From: Candidatus Woesearchaeota archaeon
Lineage (GTDB): Archaea; Nanobdellota; Nanobdellia; UBA10117; GCA-020343615
Assembly: GCA_020343615.1 (NCBI GenBank)
Contig: CP070803.1
Location: 143,686 to 207,685, forward strand
Length of the DNA stretch: 64,000 nt
Direction of reading: 5' to 3'
The position numbers were made by a program, and so were the translations under genes. Of the stretch, positions 30,293 through 41,288 are shown one piece after another (position 1 is the stretch's first letter; each line of letters begins with the position of its first letter). The notes below the pieces were generated by a model that was given only the letters and a program-made list of their open reading frames with translations, was not told where the DNA came from and ran no database searches.

Positions 30293-30673
30293 ATGGCTGA
30301 ATGTGAAATCTGTGGTAAATCTTCTTATGATTTAAGTTATGTTAAAGTAGAGGGTACTCTATTCAAGGTTTGCTTAAACTGTGCTTCTTTAGGTAATAAA
30401 GTTGAGGGTTATGTAGATAAACCTATGAAGAAGATTCCTCCGTCTATTAAAAGACGTGAAGATAATCAAGTAATTGTTAGTGATTACGGGCGTAGAGTTA
30501 GTGTTGGTAGACAGCATGCCGGGTTGAAACAAGAAGACTTAGCTAAAAAAATAAATGAAAGATTATCTCACATTAAAGCAGTTGAATCTGGAAAAAGAAC
30601 CCCTAGTTTAAAGTTGGCTAGAAAATTAGAAAATGCTCTTAATATTGTATTAATAGAAAGAGGGGAAATATAA
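30293..30673 (+). CDS. mbf1: Archaeal multiprotein bridging factor 1
   Basis: CEICG..VEG..VCLNC zinc ribbon plus GLKQEDLAKKINE HTH. Confidence 0.92.
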   Translation: MAECEICGKSSYDLSYVKVEGTLFKVCLNCASLGNKVEGYVDKPMKKIPPSIKRREDNQVIVSDYGRRVSVGRQHAGLKQEDLAKKINERLSHIKAVESGKRTPSLKLARKLENALNIVLIERGEI

Positions 30674-30684
30674 AAAATAAAAAT

Positions 30685-32769
30685 TTATTCTTCCTCGTCT
30701 TCAAGTAGTTCTCTTATTTTTTTTACTAATTTTTTCTTCTTTTTCTTTTTCTTTTTTTCTTCTTTAACAGGTTCTTCCTCTGCCTCCTCCTCTTCTTCCT
30801 CTTCTTCCGGTTCTTCTTTTTTCTTAATATTCGATTTTTTTGGTGTTTCTTTAGTTCCTTGCCAAAGTAAGATTAATATCAATATAACTATTATCGCTCC
30901 AACTATGTATTTCCAATTATCTTTTATTATAGAGATTCCTGTAACTCCTGAAAATGCTCCAGTTATTTTGTCGCCTGTTGAAGACAGTGCTTCGGTTATT
31001 CTAGATAAAATACCTTCTTCCTCGTCTTCAGTTACTTCTGATTCATTTACTTCTTCTTCAACTTCTTCCATGTCTTCCTCTTCTCCGACGCTCTCAATGT
31101 CAACTCCTTTCCCGACCTCCACAACATTAACTTCAATCGCCTCTGATGCTTGAATTGTTCCTTCTTCTAATCTCGCTGAAACAGATAATGTGTAATGGTC
31201 TCTTTCGGCTTCTTCTGGAATTGCAATGTATAAATACGCTACATCTGTTTCTCCAGCCTCAACAGTTACTGTTGATGGATTTAGCTGAGCAAAGGAAGTA
31301 CCTGCTCCTGAAATTTCTAAAGAATAGGTTGCTTCTTCTTTACCTTTATTTTCTATATTTATTGGAATTAATGCTCCTTCACCTATAGCAATATCTATTT
31401 CATCTAATTCTGCTGATAATGCTATAGCGAAGCAAATATCTTTACTAATTACTTCGAGTTCTAGAGTATCTTCACCAGAAGTTTCACTTGGTTCTTGTGA
31501 TTTGGCTATTACTTTAATATTATACGTATCGACTGTTTCTGGGGCATCTACTATAAGACTTAGTGTTTCGCTTTCCCCTTCGTCAAGTTCTACAAAGTTT
31601 TTATCTAATCTAGCCCACTCCGGGCCTTCGATAAAGATACTATACGGTTCTTTGAATTTTCCTAAATTTGTTAAAGATACTTCATAAGTTTTTGAACTTT
31701 GAGCACAAATCGTGTCTTGATTAGCAGCTAATTTTAATTCTGTAATAAAACAAGGTCTTATTGTTATGTCTATTTCCTTCTTCTGAGATACCTTTCCAGT
31801 TTCACTTTCAGCGTTTATCTCTATACTAAAGTCTCCAGTTTCATAGTAATCTGGAAAAATTGTTAAATTTACTACTTCTTCGTCTCCTTCTGCTATGAAT
31901 ACTTCAGTATCATCTAAAGTAGCCCAATCAGGTCCTGTAACACTCAGATCGTACGTGTTATCTATGATGCCTTCGTTCTTTATTAAAACAGGTATTTTTG
32001 CATGTGTATGATCACAAAAAGAATAAACATCTTTAGGGGAATCTATAGAGTATTCATAACATTCTTCTATAACTATTTGTATGTCTTTACTACTAACAGC
32101 ATCGCTATCTTCTGAAGATGCTGTTACAGTTAATCCGTATTCTCCTAAATCATCTGGTGGTGCTCTTATTCCGAGTGTAACTTCTTCTTCTTCATTTTTA
32201 TCTAGTCTTAGGGTATCTTGAGATAGAACTGCCCAATCTTCAGCTACTCCACTTAGAGATAAGGTGAAATCTTCAGTATATTCTCCAATATTCTTAATTG
32301 TAAGTTCATAACTTACTAACTCTCCTGGACATGCTGTCTTAGAATCATCATCAACTGTAATTTCTACACCATGACATGGTTCAATTATTATGTCGTAAGA
32401 AAGTTCTTCTTCTCCTGCGCTTCCACCATCTATTTTTATATTCAAATCATAAGCTCCTATTAATGCTTTGCTAGATGGTGTGATCCATACATAAACGCTT
32501 TTAGTTTTTCCAGGTTCTAAAGAGAATCCTGTTGGTGCAGCTACAGCCCATTTTTGAGCGGTGCCGGATAAAGAAACAGTAAAACTTATTGTCTCATCTC
32601 CTTTATTTTCAATAGGTATATTTATTGTTTCTGTGTGTGTTGGACATAATCTTTTTTCTCCACCCATTGCTCCTACTTCGAAGTCTTCTAATGAAAAAGC
32701 AATTGGTGTAATTAATAATAGAACTCCTATAATAAAAAATGGAATTATTTTATTCTTCATTATTATCAA
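30685..32769 (-). CDS. Secreted, membrane-anchored protein with tandem Ig-like (NEW3/CARDB-like) domains
   Basis: Signal peptide, five repeats of about 105 aa (I.N.G....Y.L...G..WA.L), C-terminal TM helix, acidic/Lys tail. Confidence 0.8.
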   Translation of the reverse strand: MIIMKNKIIPFFIIGVLLLITPIAFSLEDFEVGAMGGEKRLCPTHTETINIPIENKGDETISFTVSLSGTAQKWAVAAPTGFSLEPGKTKSVYVWITPSSKALIGAYDLNIKIDGGSAGEEELSYDIIIEPCHGVEITVDDDSKTACPGELVSYELTIKNIGEYTEDFTLSLSGVAEDWAVLSQDTLRLDKNEEEEVTLGIRAPPDDLGEYGLTVTASSEDSDAVSSKDIQIVIEECYEYSIDSPKDVYSFCDHTHAKIPVLIKNEGIIDNTYDLSVTGPDWATLDDTEVFIAEGDEEVVNLTIFPDYYETGDFSIEINAESETGKVSQKKEIDITIRPCFITELKLAANQDTICAQSSKTYEVSLTNLGKFKEPYSIFIEGPEWARLDKNFVELDEGESETLSLIVDAPETVDTYNIKVIAKSQEPSETSGEDTLELEVISKDICFAIALSAELDEIDIAIGEGALIPINIENKGKEEATYSLEISGAGTSFAQLNPSTVTVEAGETDVAYLYIAIPEEAERDHYTLSVSARLEEGTIQASEAIEVNVVEVGKGVDIESVGEEEDMEEVEEEVNESEVTEDEEEGILSRITEALSSTGDKITGAFSGVTGISIIKDNWKYIVGAIIVILILILLWQGTKETPKKSNIKKKEEPEEEEEEEEAEEEPVKEEKKKKKKKKKLVKKIRELLEDEEE

Positions 32770-32892
32770 CCTCTAGAGTTGTTACTTAAATTTAGTATAG
32801 ATGGTTATTACTTTAAGTAAGTAATTCACATATAAATAGTTTTTGATTTCTTGTCTCCCTTAAATGTTTTTATTTTTAATGAGTAGTAACAA

Positions 32893-34341
32893 CTAGTATT
32901 GTTTTGCTATGTAGACTACATGACTGGCTTTCTTACCACAAATTACACATTTACTTCCTGGCTTGATTTTTTCTCTTTTATCAATTCTTTCTCCTCTAAC
33001 TTCTGCTTGTAATTCTTCTTTTATTTTTTCTGCACACTTTTCACCGTTTAAATCTATAGAACAAAAATTAACTTTTATGAACCCCCCTTTTCTTATCTTA
33101 TTCTTTAATTCAGAGTATGTATTCGCTGAGCGTATATTTTGTTTTAAGTTCTTTTCAGCTCTAGTTCTTAAAGTATCTAGAATCTCTTTTTCAAGTTTTT
33201 TAATGTGTTTTAGTAAATCTTTTTGTTTGATTGCATGCTTCTTAGAAGTGTCTCTTCTGACAACAACTGCTTGCTTTTTCTTTATATCCTGTGGTCCTAT
33301 CTCTATCCTTACAGGTACTCCTTTGATCTCCCAATCATGGTATTTAGAACCTGCTGTGTACTCAGGTCTATCATCAATATGAACTCTATACTTTTTTAAT
33401 AGCTTGGCTACCTTTTTGCATTCTTTTAAAACTCCTTTTTCTTTACCTTTAAAGAAAATCGGAATTATTACAATCTGATAGGGAGCTAAACTAAATGGCA
33501 AAATAAGTCCTTTATTATCTCCATGTATGCTGATAATGCTAGCCATAAATCTCCATGGAGCAGGACCGTAAGTGGTTTGCCAACCGTATTTATCTTTTTT
33601 CTTCTCGTCTTTGAATTTTATACCAAATGCTTTAGAGAAATTCTGTCCGTAGAAATGCGAACTAGGTTGCTGCAATGCTCTTCCATCTGGACTTAAAGTA
33701 TCCGCAGCACAAGTATAAACAGATCCTGCAAATTTATCCCATTGTGGTCTCTTAAAACCTAAAAAAGGCATTCCTAATTCTTTATACAAAACATTTTTAC
33801 TCATTTCCATATCTTCGAGAATCTGTGCTTCTGCCTCTTCTTTGGTTTCGAAGACGTTATGTGCTTCTAAAAAGAAAAATTCTCTACCTCTTAAAAAAGG
33901 CCTTGTTGTAGGCTCGTATCTATAAACATTGGCTTCTTGGTATCTTTTAAACGGTAGGTCTCTCCACGATCTAATCCAATAAGAGTACATCGTATACATC
34001 GCTGTTTCAGAAGTCGGCCTTATTCCTAATGGTTCTTCTAGTTTCTTGTGCCTTGTACCAGCTTCTGTAACCCAAAAAACTTGTGCACCAAATCCTTCAG
34101 CATGATCTGCTTCTTTTACAAAATTAGATTTTGGGATTAATAGAGGAAACATAACTTCTTTATGGCCTGTCCTTTCAAATTCTTTCTTATACATTTCAAA
34201 CATTTTTTTCATAATAAACGTAGACCACCAGCGGTGAACTAAAAATCCTTGAACATTATATCTAAGGTCGGCTAGTTCTGCCTTCTTTATTATTTCAGAA
34301 TACCATTCTGAAAAATTATCACCTTTTTTATTCTCTAACAT
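32893..34341 (-). CDS. proS: Prolyl-tRNA synthetase (archaeal/eukaryal type)
   Basis: FSEWY, IRPTSET, PFLRGREF, HGDNKGL, C-terminal AKQY. Confidence 0.97.
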   Translation of the reverse strand: MLENKKGDNFSEWYSEIIKKAELADLRYNVQGFLVHRWWSTFIMKKMFEMYKKEFERTGHKEVMFPLLIPKSNFVKEADHAEGFGAQVFWVTEAGTRHKKLEEPLGIRPTSETAMYTMYSYWIRSWRDLPFKRYQEANVYRYEPTTRPFLRGREFFFLEAHNVFETKEEAEAQILEDMEMSKNVLYKELGMPFLGFKRPQWDKFAGSVYTCAADTLSPDGRALQQPSSHFYGQNFSKAFGIKFKDEKKKDKYGWQTTYGPAPWRFMASIISIHGDNKGLILPFSLAPYQIVIIPIFFKGKEKGVLKECKKVAKLLKKYRVHIDDRPEYTAGSKYHDWEIKGVPVRIEIGPQDIKKKQAVVVRRDTSKKHAIKQKDLLKHIKKLEKEILDTLRTRAEKNLKQNIRSANTYSELKNKIRKGGFIKVNFCSIDLNGEKCAEKIKEELQAEVRGERIDKREKIKPGSKCVICGKKASHVVYIAKQY

Positions 34342-34396
34342 ACTTTTTAAGAGAAATACAAAGTATTTAAAATATTTCTTATTAATTATTTCCTAT

Positions 34397-35623
34397 ATGG
34401 TAAAAATAGCTGTTATTTCAGACCTACACTTAGGTTTCAGTCCTGATTTTGAAAGAGAGAAGGATTGTTATGAACAGGCTGCTAATGCCTTCAATAAGGC
34501 TCTATCTGAAGACCCAAATCTGATTATTTTGATTGGAGATATATTCCATAAAAAAATACCTGCTCAAGAGACATTAGGTAATGCCATTACATTCTTCTCC
34601 GAAGTTAATAAACGAATGGGTAAAGAAGTCAGAGTATTAGAAAAAGAGGGGGGAAAGAAGGAAGTAGATAAAATACCTGCAATTATTACTATATACGGAA
34701 CTCATGAGAGACGGAACGCTGGAAAAATGAATCCAGTACACATTCTTGAAAAAGCTAAGCTATTATATTGCTTGCATAAGGAATCAATCTTAGCTCAATT
34801 TGATGGGGTGAGAATAGGTATACATGGTTTATCAGGAGTTCATGATAAATTTGCAAGGACAGAATTAGAAAATTGGAGACCTAAACCATTTGAAAGAGCT
34901 GTAAATTTATTCCTCATACATCAAACATTTAATGACATTATCCCTACTCAGGATGAGGACTTACTAGAATTTAATGATCTACCTACTGGTTTTGATTTAT
35001 ATTTACTAGGTCATATTCACTGGAATTTAGAGGACAAGCATCCGGTCTCTAAGGCTCCAATCTTAGTCCCGGGTTCTACTATCGCAACTCAGTTGAGGGG
35101 CATTGAGAGCAAGAAAGAAAAAGGATTCTACCTCTTGAATATAATACATGGTCAAACAAAGATAAAATTTATTCCTATTAAAACAAGACCCTTTATATTT
35201 GAAAAAATAGATGTGGGTGATAAAAAACCTTCAGAAATATTAACTCTTCTTTCTGAGAAAATTTCCTCATTTCTAAAAGAAGATTATAGAAAAAAACCAA
35301 TATTCAGGTTTAAATTAGAAGGCAAGCTGGCTGAAGGTTTTTCACCTGTAGATTTACAATTAAAACCGGTAATTGATAGGTATAGTAATAAAGCTATTTT
35401 AAAGATAGATAAATCTTCTCTGACATCCTCAGAATTAGAAAAAAGAAAAAGCTTCCTTCAAGGACTTATTGATGAGAAGGAGTCTGTAAATAAAATCGGG
35501 CTAAATATATTAATGAAATCCTTGGATTTTTCAGATCCTAAATTAGAGGAACTTTTCGATTGCCTATCTGAAGGGGATATTGAAAGTGCTGAAGAGGTTA
35601 TTAGTAAATTAAAATTAGAATGA
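34397..35623 (+). CDS. mre11: Mre11 nuclease
   Basis: SDLHLG, GDIF, GTHE, LGHIH, PGS; adjacent to rad50. Confidence 0.93.
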   Translation: MVKIAVISDLHLGFSPDFEREKDCYEQAANAFNKALSEDPNLIILIGDIFHKKIPAQETLGNAITFFSEVNKRMGKEVRVLEKEGGKKEVDKIPAIITIYGTHERRNAGKMNPVHILEKAKLLYCLHKESILAQFDGVRIGIHGLSGVHDKFARTELENWRPKPFERAVNLFLIHQTFNDIIPTQDEDLLEFNDLPTGFDLYLLGHIHWNLEDKHPVSKAPILVPGSTIATQLRGIESKKEKGFYLLNIIHGQTKIKFIPIKTRPFIFEKIDVGDKKPSEILTLLSEKISSFLKEDYRKKPIFRFKLEGKLAEGFSPVDLQLKPVIDRYSNKAILKIDKSSLTSSELEKRKSFLQGLIDEKESVNKIGLNILMKSLDFSDPKLEELFDCLSEGDIESAEEVISKLKLE

Positions 35624-37887
35624 TAACTAAATTAGATCTTAAAAATTGGAAGAATCATAGGAGTATTGAGCTAGAATTCTATCCTGGTATTAATTCAATA
35701 GTAGGGGACATGGGTTCTGGAAAATCCTCAATATTGCAAGCTATTAGTTTCGCATTATTTGGTACTTTTTCTGAATTGAAAAGTAAGGAAATAAAGACTA
35801 CTGATTTAATAACTAGAAATGTAGCTGATTCTTCTAAGGTTTTTCTAGAGTTTAAAAATAGTAGGGATAATCTTGTTATTGAAAGAAAGGTTCATAGGGA
35901 TAAGACATCTGAGGCTACTCTAAAGAGGAAGGGAAAATTAATTTCTGGTCCTCAAGTACAAGAAGTTACTGCTAGTGTAGAAAAAATTATTGGGGTAAAT
36001 CAAAACCTCTGGCTTAGAACAGTATATGCTAAACAAAATGAGATAGATTATTTTCTCAATATTCCTCCACTAAGAAGAAAGAAAGAACTTGATGAACTTA
36101 TGAACTTAGATAAATTTGAGAAAGCAAGAGAAAATTCTGTTAAGTTAATTAATATATTAAAAAACAGAATAAAAGAGAAATCTAGTGTTTTAGAAGATTT
36201 TGATTTAGAAACAATAGAAGAAAAAATACACGAATTATCTTCAAGCCTTAAAGGACTTAAAGAAGAAGCATCTGTAATTGAGTCTAAAATAAAAACAGCT
36301 GAAAAAGAAAAAGAAAAGGTTAAGGAGACTCTTGAAGAAGTAAAGGAAAAGGTTAATGAAATCAATAAAATAACAGAACGCTATTCTCTACTCAAGGAAG
36401 AATTAGAAGAACTGAAAGAAGAGATTGAAGAGATTGAAGTAAAGGATAGACATGAATTTGAACAGGAGCTACAATTAATTAAAAAAAGTATATCTGATAA
36501 TCAAATAAAAAAACAAAAATTAAAAGAAGTTGCTGATGAAAAAAGAGAACTTCTTATAGATCTTGAAAAACAACTTAGTGTTATAAAAGAAAAAATAAAA
36601 GAAATTAGGGAAGACAATGAACGTATATTAAAATTAAAGGAAGACTATTCTAAATATAAAGAAATTGGAGAAGAGTTTTCTCATTTAAGCAAAGAAATTG
36701 AAGATAAAAAATCTCTAATTGACAATAGAAAAGGATTCCTAAGTAATTTAAAATATCATGTTGAACAGCTAAAAAAGGCTGAAAGTGTATGCCCTGTTTG
36801 TTCTACAAGATTAGACCCTCAAACTAAACAGCGATTAATTATGCTAAGAGAACAAAAAATTGCTTCCGAAGAAAGAGAGATTCAATTAATGGAGCGCGCA
36901 TTAAAAGAATTACAGGGTGATGAAGATACTCTTAAAGAAAAAGATGAAGAAAGAAAGAGAATTATAAATCAATTGAAATCTTACAAAGAGACATTGGGGG
37001 ATAAAAAAGAACTAATAGAGGAATTCAAAAAATTAGATACTGATAAATCTGATTTAAAAGAAAGTATAGAAATTGGTGAGGGTACTATTAGTGAAATTGA
37101 AAAGAAATTAGAAGAATTATCTGAAGAATATGTTGATTTACAAAATGAAAGGAATCTTCAAGAAAAAATTGATAGAAAAAATAAATTAGAAAAGGAAATT
37201 GAAGAGATTTCGTGTAAAAAAGTAAATGAAAAGAAGGTATTTGATGATTTAGAAAAAGTTGAAGAGCTGTATGAAAAATTAATACAGAAAGTTCAGGAAA
37301 TAAAAACAAGAAAGGAATATATTTCTCCGCTTATAGAAGAACGGAAAGCTCGCTTAGAAGAACTTAGTAGCAGTAAAGAAGAAATAGCTAAAATAAACAA
37401 AGAAATTCAAAAGATAAAAATGCAATCTGAATTCTTAAATAAATTCAAGAATTCTTTAATCCAAGCTCAAGGAGAATTAAGAAGTGAGCTAATTCTCGCT
37501 GTAAATGAAATTATGGGTAATATTTGGCAGGATATATACCCTTATGAAAAGTGGAGCGGTATAAGATTAGAAGCTACAGAAGAAGATTATATTTTACAAC
37601 TTAAAGAAGTAGATGGTGACTGGCTCTCTATTGCTGGCTTTGCTTCTGGTGGTGAGAGAATGATTGCTTCTCTAGCATTAAGAATTGCTTTTGCTAAAAT
37701 TCTAGCTCCGAAATTAGATCTATTAATTCTAGACGAACCTACTCATAATTTAGATAAAAATACTATCGACAAGCTTACACAAGTAATTGAAGATAGATTA
37801 TCGAACTTGTTAAATCAAACTTTCATAGTAACTCATGAAGAAAAGTTGGCAGAATCTGCCTCAAATTTAATAAAAATAAAAGAATAA
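35620..37887 (+). CDS. rad50: Rad50 ATPase
   Basis: GDMGSGKSS, coiled coil with CPVC hook, SGGE, LDEPT, VTH. Confidence 0.95.
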   Translation: MITKLDLKNWKNHRSIELEFYPGINSIVGDMGSGKSSILQAISFALFGTFSELKSKEIKTTDLITRNVADSSKVFLEFKNSRDNLVIERKVHRDKTSEATLKRKGKLISGPQVQEVTASVEKIIGVNQNLWLRTVYAKQNEIDYFLNIPPLRRKKELDELMNLDKFEKARENSVKLINILKNRIKEKSSVLEDFDLETIEEKIHELSSSLKGLKEEASVIESKIKTAEKEKEKVKETLEEVKEKVNEINKITERYSLLKEELEELKEEIEEIEVKDRHEFEQELQLIKKSISDNQIKKQKLKEVADEKRELLIDLEKQLSVIKEKIKEIREDNERILKLKEDYSKYKEIGEEFSHLSKEIEDKKSLIDNRKGFLSNLKYHVEQLKKAESVCPVCSTRLDPQTKQRLIMLREQKIASEEREIQLMERALKELQGDEDTLKEKDEERKRIINQLKSYKETLGDKKELIEEFKKLDTDKSDLKESIEIGEGTISEIEKKLEELSEEYVDLQNERNLQEKIDRKNKLEKEIEEISCKKVNEKKVFDDLEKVEELYEKLIQKVQEIKTRKEYISPLIEERKARLEELSSSKEEIAKINKEIQKIKMQSEFLNKFKNSLIQAQGELRSELILAVNEIMGNIWQDIYPYEKWSGIRLEATEEDYILQLKEVDGDWLSIAGFASGGERMIASLALRIAFAKILAPKLDLLILDEPTHNLDKNTIDKLTQVIEDRLSNLLNQTFIVTHEEKLAESASNLIKIKE

Positions 37888-37889
37888 GA

Positions 37890-38795
37890 TTAATTCTTTT
37901 TTTCTTTCGATAAGTCTAATAATTTTTGTCGTTTTTTTTCTTTTTTAGCCGCGTCTTTTTCTTTTTTCATTGATTCCTCAAGTGCGTCTTTAAAAACTGA
38001 TCTGTAATGTTCATATTGATCTTTAGGAAGTAATTCTTTCATCTTTTCAAGAAAAGGTTCTGGCTCAGCCACATCTGCTAATTTTTTTACTAATTCCTCA
38101 TATGTTCTTTTACGTATCCTTCTTTCTATTATATCTTTTTCTTCTTTTAAGGAAATAACATGCATTAAATCATCGCCTAAATCATAAAGCCCTTTTTCTA
38201 AATCTTTATACTCTTTATTTTTTATTCTTAATTTATCTCTCGCTGCTATAATTTCTTTTAATTGAGCTTCGGTTTGTGCATAGTCTAGTGCATATTCTAC
38301 TTTATCTTTTATATATGCAAAATCATCTCTAAGGTTATTAATATCCACCTGAGTATTTTCTATTCTTTCAGTTAGGCTCCTTATATATAGGTCTGCTTTT
38401 CTACGCTCATCTTTTACAAGTACGTTTACCTTTGCAATGGTAGTAGGAACGAGTCTATAGAATTCATATATATTCTCTCCAGTTAATTTGTTAACTTCAG
38501 TTAAGTTTTTACGTTTATCATAAACATTAAAAAACGTAAATATTTCATTACCATGCCTATCTAAAATGCTTATACCTTGTTCTGCAATAATATCTTTATC
38601 ATCATATTTCGCCGTTTTTATAAATGATTTAGCTTCCATAGGAAACATATGCCTTTCAATTCCTACTGGAAATTCTTCTTTAGTTGAGTCATCAGGACAG
38701 TCATAACGTAATATGGGAATTTCTATAACTGAATCATTAGGAAACTTATATGCTATACTTAGTGGTTTTTTACTTTTATTAGATTCACTTGCCAT
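37890..38795 (-). CDS. Hypothetical coiled-coil protein
   Basis: 301 aa, helical charged C-terminal half. Confidence 0.65.
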   Translation of the reverse strand: MASESNKSKKPLSIAYKFPNDSVIEIPILRYDCPDDSTKEEFPVGIERHMFPMEAKSFIKTAKYDDKDIIAEQGISILDRHGNEIFTFFNVYDKRKNLTEVNKLTGENIYEFYRLVPTTIAKVNVLVKDERRKADLYIRSLTERIENTQVDINNLRDDFAYIKDKVEYALDYAQTEAQLKEIIAARDKLRIKNKEYKDLEKGLYDLGDDLMHVISLKEEKDIIERRIRKRTYEELVKKLADVAEPEPFLEKMKELLPKDQYEHYRSVFKDALEESMKKEKDAAKKEKKRQKLLDLSKEKKN

Positions 38796-38874
38796 TTTAC
38801 TTCATTAATATGACCTTTTTTAGGTAACGAAATTATTTAAAAGGTATTTATAAATTTTACTATAAAAAGGGCTT

Positions 38875-38924
38875 TGCACATAAATACAATTCTGCACATA
38901 AATAGAAGTGAATTGCACATAAAT
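38875..38924. repeat. Three direct repeats of TGCACATAAAT
   Basis: Copies start at 38875, 38893 and 38914 in an AT-rich intergenic region. Confidence 0.85.
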
Positions 38925-39032
38925 TAACTACCAATAGTGATTTTTTTAGAATTAAATGAAGGTTAATTTTATATAAAAAGAATTAGAAAAAAGAGTACTA
39001 TATTATAAAAATTTAATCATTACTTACTATTC

Positions 39033-39263
39033 TTATACCTTGTCTAGTGCTTTTGTTATTTTTTTGATTAAATCTGCTTCCGCAGGTAAGGATACGTTTC
39101 TTTTCTTATATCGTTTATTTCCGTCAGGAAGGTAAAATCCTCTAGAAATAGATATAAATTCGTTTTCTCCTTCTTCTGTAACTGCTACTTTTCGAGCAAT
39201 TTCTATAAAGCTATTTCTTCCAAATTCGATTTCTTCTACTTTTTTGTCTTTGAATTCTACCAT
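39033..39263 (-). CDS. Small protein, possible PC4/PUR-like single-stranded nucleic-acid-binding fold
   Basis: Beta-strands (FIEIARK, FISISRGF, NVSLP) then a helix; GAGGT SD. Confidence 0.6.
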   Translation of the reverse strand: MVEFKDKKVEEIEFGRNSFIEIARKVAVTEEGENEFISISRGFYLPDGNKRYKKRNVSLPAEADLIKKITKALDKV

Positions 39264-39368
39264 TTTTGGTACCTCTTGTGTTTGTGTGTAATTATTGCAT
39301 AATAGAAACTATTTATAAAGGTTTTGTATATGAAAAAATATATATTCAGTAAGGACTTGAGGTGAAAA

Positions 39369-41288
39369 ATGGTCAAATTTTACGTCACCACAGCCATTGA
39401 TTATGTAAATGCATCGCCACACATAGGTCATGCTTACCAAAAAATAGCTGCAGATATCTTAGCAAGGTATCATAAATTAAAAGGTGATCAGGTATTCTTC
39501 CTTACAGGAACAGACGAGCATGGTTCTAAAATCCTAAAATCAGCTAACCAGCAGAATATTCCGGTTAAAAAATTCGTGGATAAGCTAGCTATACAGTTCA
39601 AAAATGCATGGAAATTCTTGGACATAGATATGGATCGTTTTATTAGAACAACTGATGCAGATCATGAAAAAGCTGTCCAGGAGTTCATAAAATTAGTGAA
39701 TAAAAAAGGGGATATCTATAAGAGCGAATATGAAGGCTTATACTGTGAGGGTTGTGAAAGATACCTAACTGAGAGGGATCTAGTTGACGGAAAATGTCCT
39801 TTTCATAATATAGAACCTCAAATTCTAAAAGAAGAAGCTTATTTTTTCAAACTTTCTAAATATCAAAATAAGTTATTAGAGCTCTATAAAAAGCATCCAG
39901 AGTATATTTCTCCTAAACAAAGAAGGCAGGAAGTAATAAACCGGGTTAAAGAAGGACTTAAAGACTTATGTATCACTAGAACTAGTTTTAAGTGGGGCAT
40001 TCCGTTCCCTCTTGAAAAAGGTCATATAATTTATGTTTGGTATGAAGCGCTATTGAATTATATAACTGGAATTGGTTGGCCTAATAAAAAATATGAGAAG
40101 TTTTGGCCTGCAGATGTAGAGTTATTAGGCAAGGATAACGCATGGTTCCATTGTGTAATCTGGCCAGCAATGTTAATGTCTGCTGGAATAAAGCCTGCTA
40201 AGAAGATATTTGTTCATGGTTTTTTGACATTTAATGGTCAGAAGATATCTAAAAGTTTAGGTAATGTGATAAGTCCAGAATATCTTGTAAAGAGGTATGG
40301 TTCTGATGCTGTTAGATATTTTTCAATGAGGGACGTTGCTTTTGGAGAAGATGGTGATTTCTCGGAAAAGAGTTTAGTTGAGAGATACAATACTGAGCTG
40401 GCAAATGAACTTGGAAACCTACTAAGTAGATCCATTACCATGATAGAAAAATACGCTAATAAGACGGTTCCTAGAGGAACCTTTGATAAGAAATTGGAGA
40501 CTCTCTCTAAAAAAACAATAAAAAGCGTTGAAAAAAATATGAATGATCTAGAATTCCATGTAGCTCTTAAGAACACATGGAAATTTATTAGTGAAACTAA
40601 TAAACACATTCAGGATAAAAAACCATGGGAAAAGCCTAAGAATTTGAATGATATCCTATATACTATTGCTGAATCTCTAAGGATTATTTCATATTTAACA
40701 TACCCATTTATTCCAAAAGCCAGCAAGGAAATAGCAAAACAATTAGGAATCAAAGACGTTACTAGAAAGATTAAACCTGGAACTAAAGTAAAGAGAGGGG
40801 GTATTTTATTCAAAAAGATAGAATACGCTGCAGAGGATCCTTTCTCTAAATTAGACTTAAAAGTTGCTGAAATTAAAAAGGTTGAAGACATAGCTGGTGC
40901 TGATAAATTATTAAAATTAAAGCTAAATGATAGACAAATCGTAGCAGGGATAAAGCAATATTACTCAAAAAAAGAGCTATTGGGTAAGAAAATTGTTATT
41001 GTTGCTAACTTAAAACCTGCTAAGTTATGCGGGGAGCTTTCTCAAGGAATGTTACTAGCTGCTGAGAAAAAAGGTAAAGTTGAGCTTATATTCACTAGAG
41101 CTAGGGTTGGTGAAGATATTATTGCAGAGAACTTAGATAAAAAACCTGAAAAGGAGATTAAATTCGAGGACTTTATGAAAATTAAAATAAGAACAAATAA
41201 TGACGGGTATGTTGTTTATGGTAAAAAAAGACTAAAAGCTGGAAAAGAATGTTTAAAAGTTACGTTAAAAAATGCAAAAGTAAGATGA
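39369..41288 (+). CDS. metG: Methionyl-tRNA synthetase with C-terminal tRNA-binding domain
   Basis: YVNASPHIGH, GTDEHG, KISKSLGN, LSQGMLLAA. Confidence 0.97.
   Translation: MVKFYVTTAIDYVNASPHIGHAYQKIAADILARYHKLKGDQVFFLTGTDEHGSKILKSANQQNIPVKKFVDKLAIQFKNAWKFLDIDMDRFIRTTDADHEKAVQEFIKLVNKKGDIYKSEYEGLYCEGCERYLTERDLVDGKCPFHNIEPQILKEEAYFFKLSKYQNKLLELYKKHPEYISPKQRRQEVINRVKEGLKDLCITRTSFKWGIPFPLEKGHIIYVWYEALLNYITGIGWPNKKYEKFWPADVELLGKDNAWFHCVIWPAMLMSAGIKPAKKIFVHGFLTFNGQKISKSLGNVISPEYLVKRYGSDAVRYFSMRDVAFGEDGDFSEKSLVERYNTELANELGNLLSRSITMIEKYANKTVPRGTFDKKLETLSKKTIKSVEKNMNDLEFHVALKNTWKFISETNKHIQDKKPWEKPKNLNDILYTIAESLRIISYLTYPFIPKASKEIAKQLGIKDVTRKIKPGTKVKRGGILFKKIEYAAEDPFSKLDLKVAEIKKVEDIAGADKLLKLKLNDRQIVAGIKQYYSKKELLGKKIVIVANLKPAKLCGELSQGMLLAAEKKGKVELIFTRARVGEDIIAENLDKKPEKEIKFEDFMKIKIRTNNDGYVVYGKKRLKAGKECLKVTLKNAKVR

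Noticed and set aside
38875-38924. Mini CRISPR array
   Set aside because: Repeats of 11 nt with 7-10 nt gaps are far too short, and no cas genes are present.
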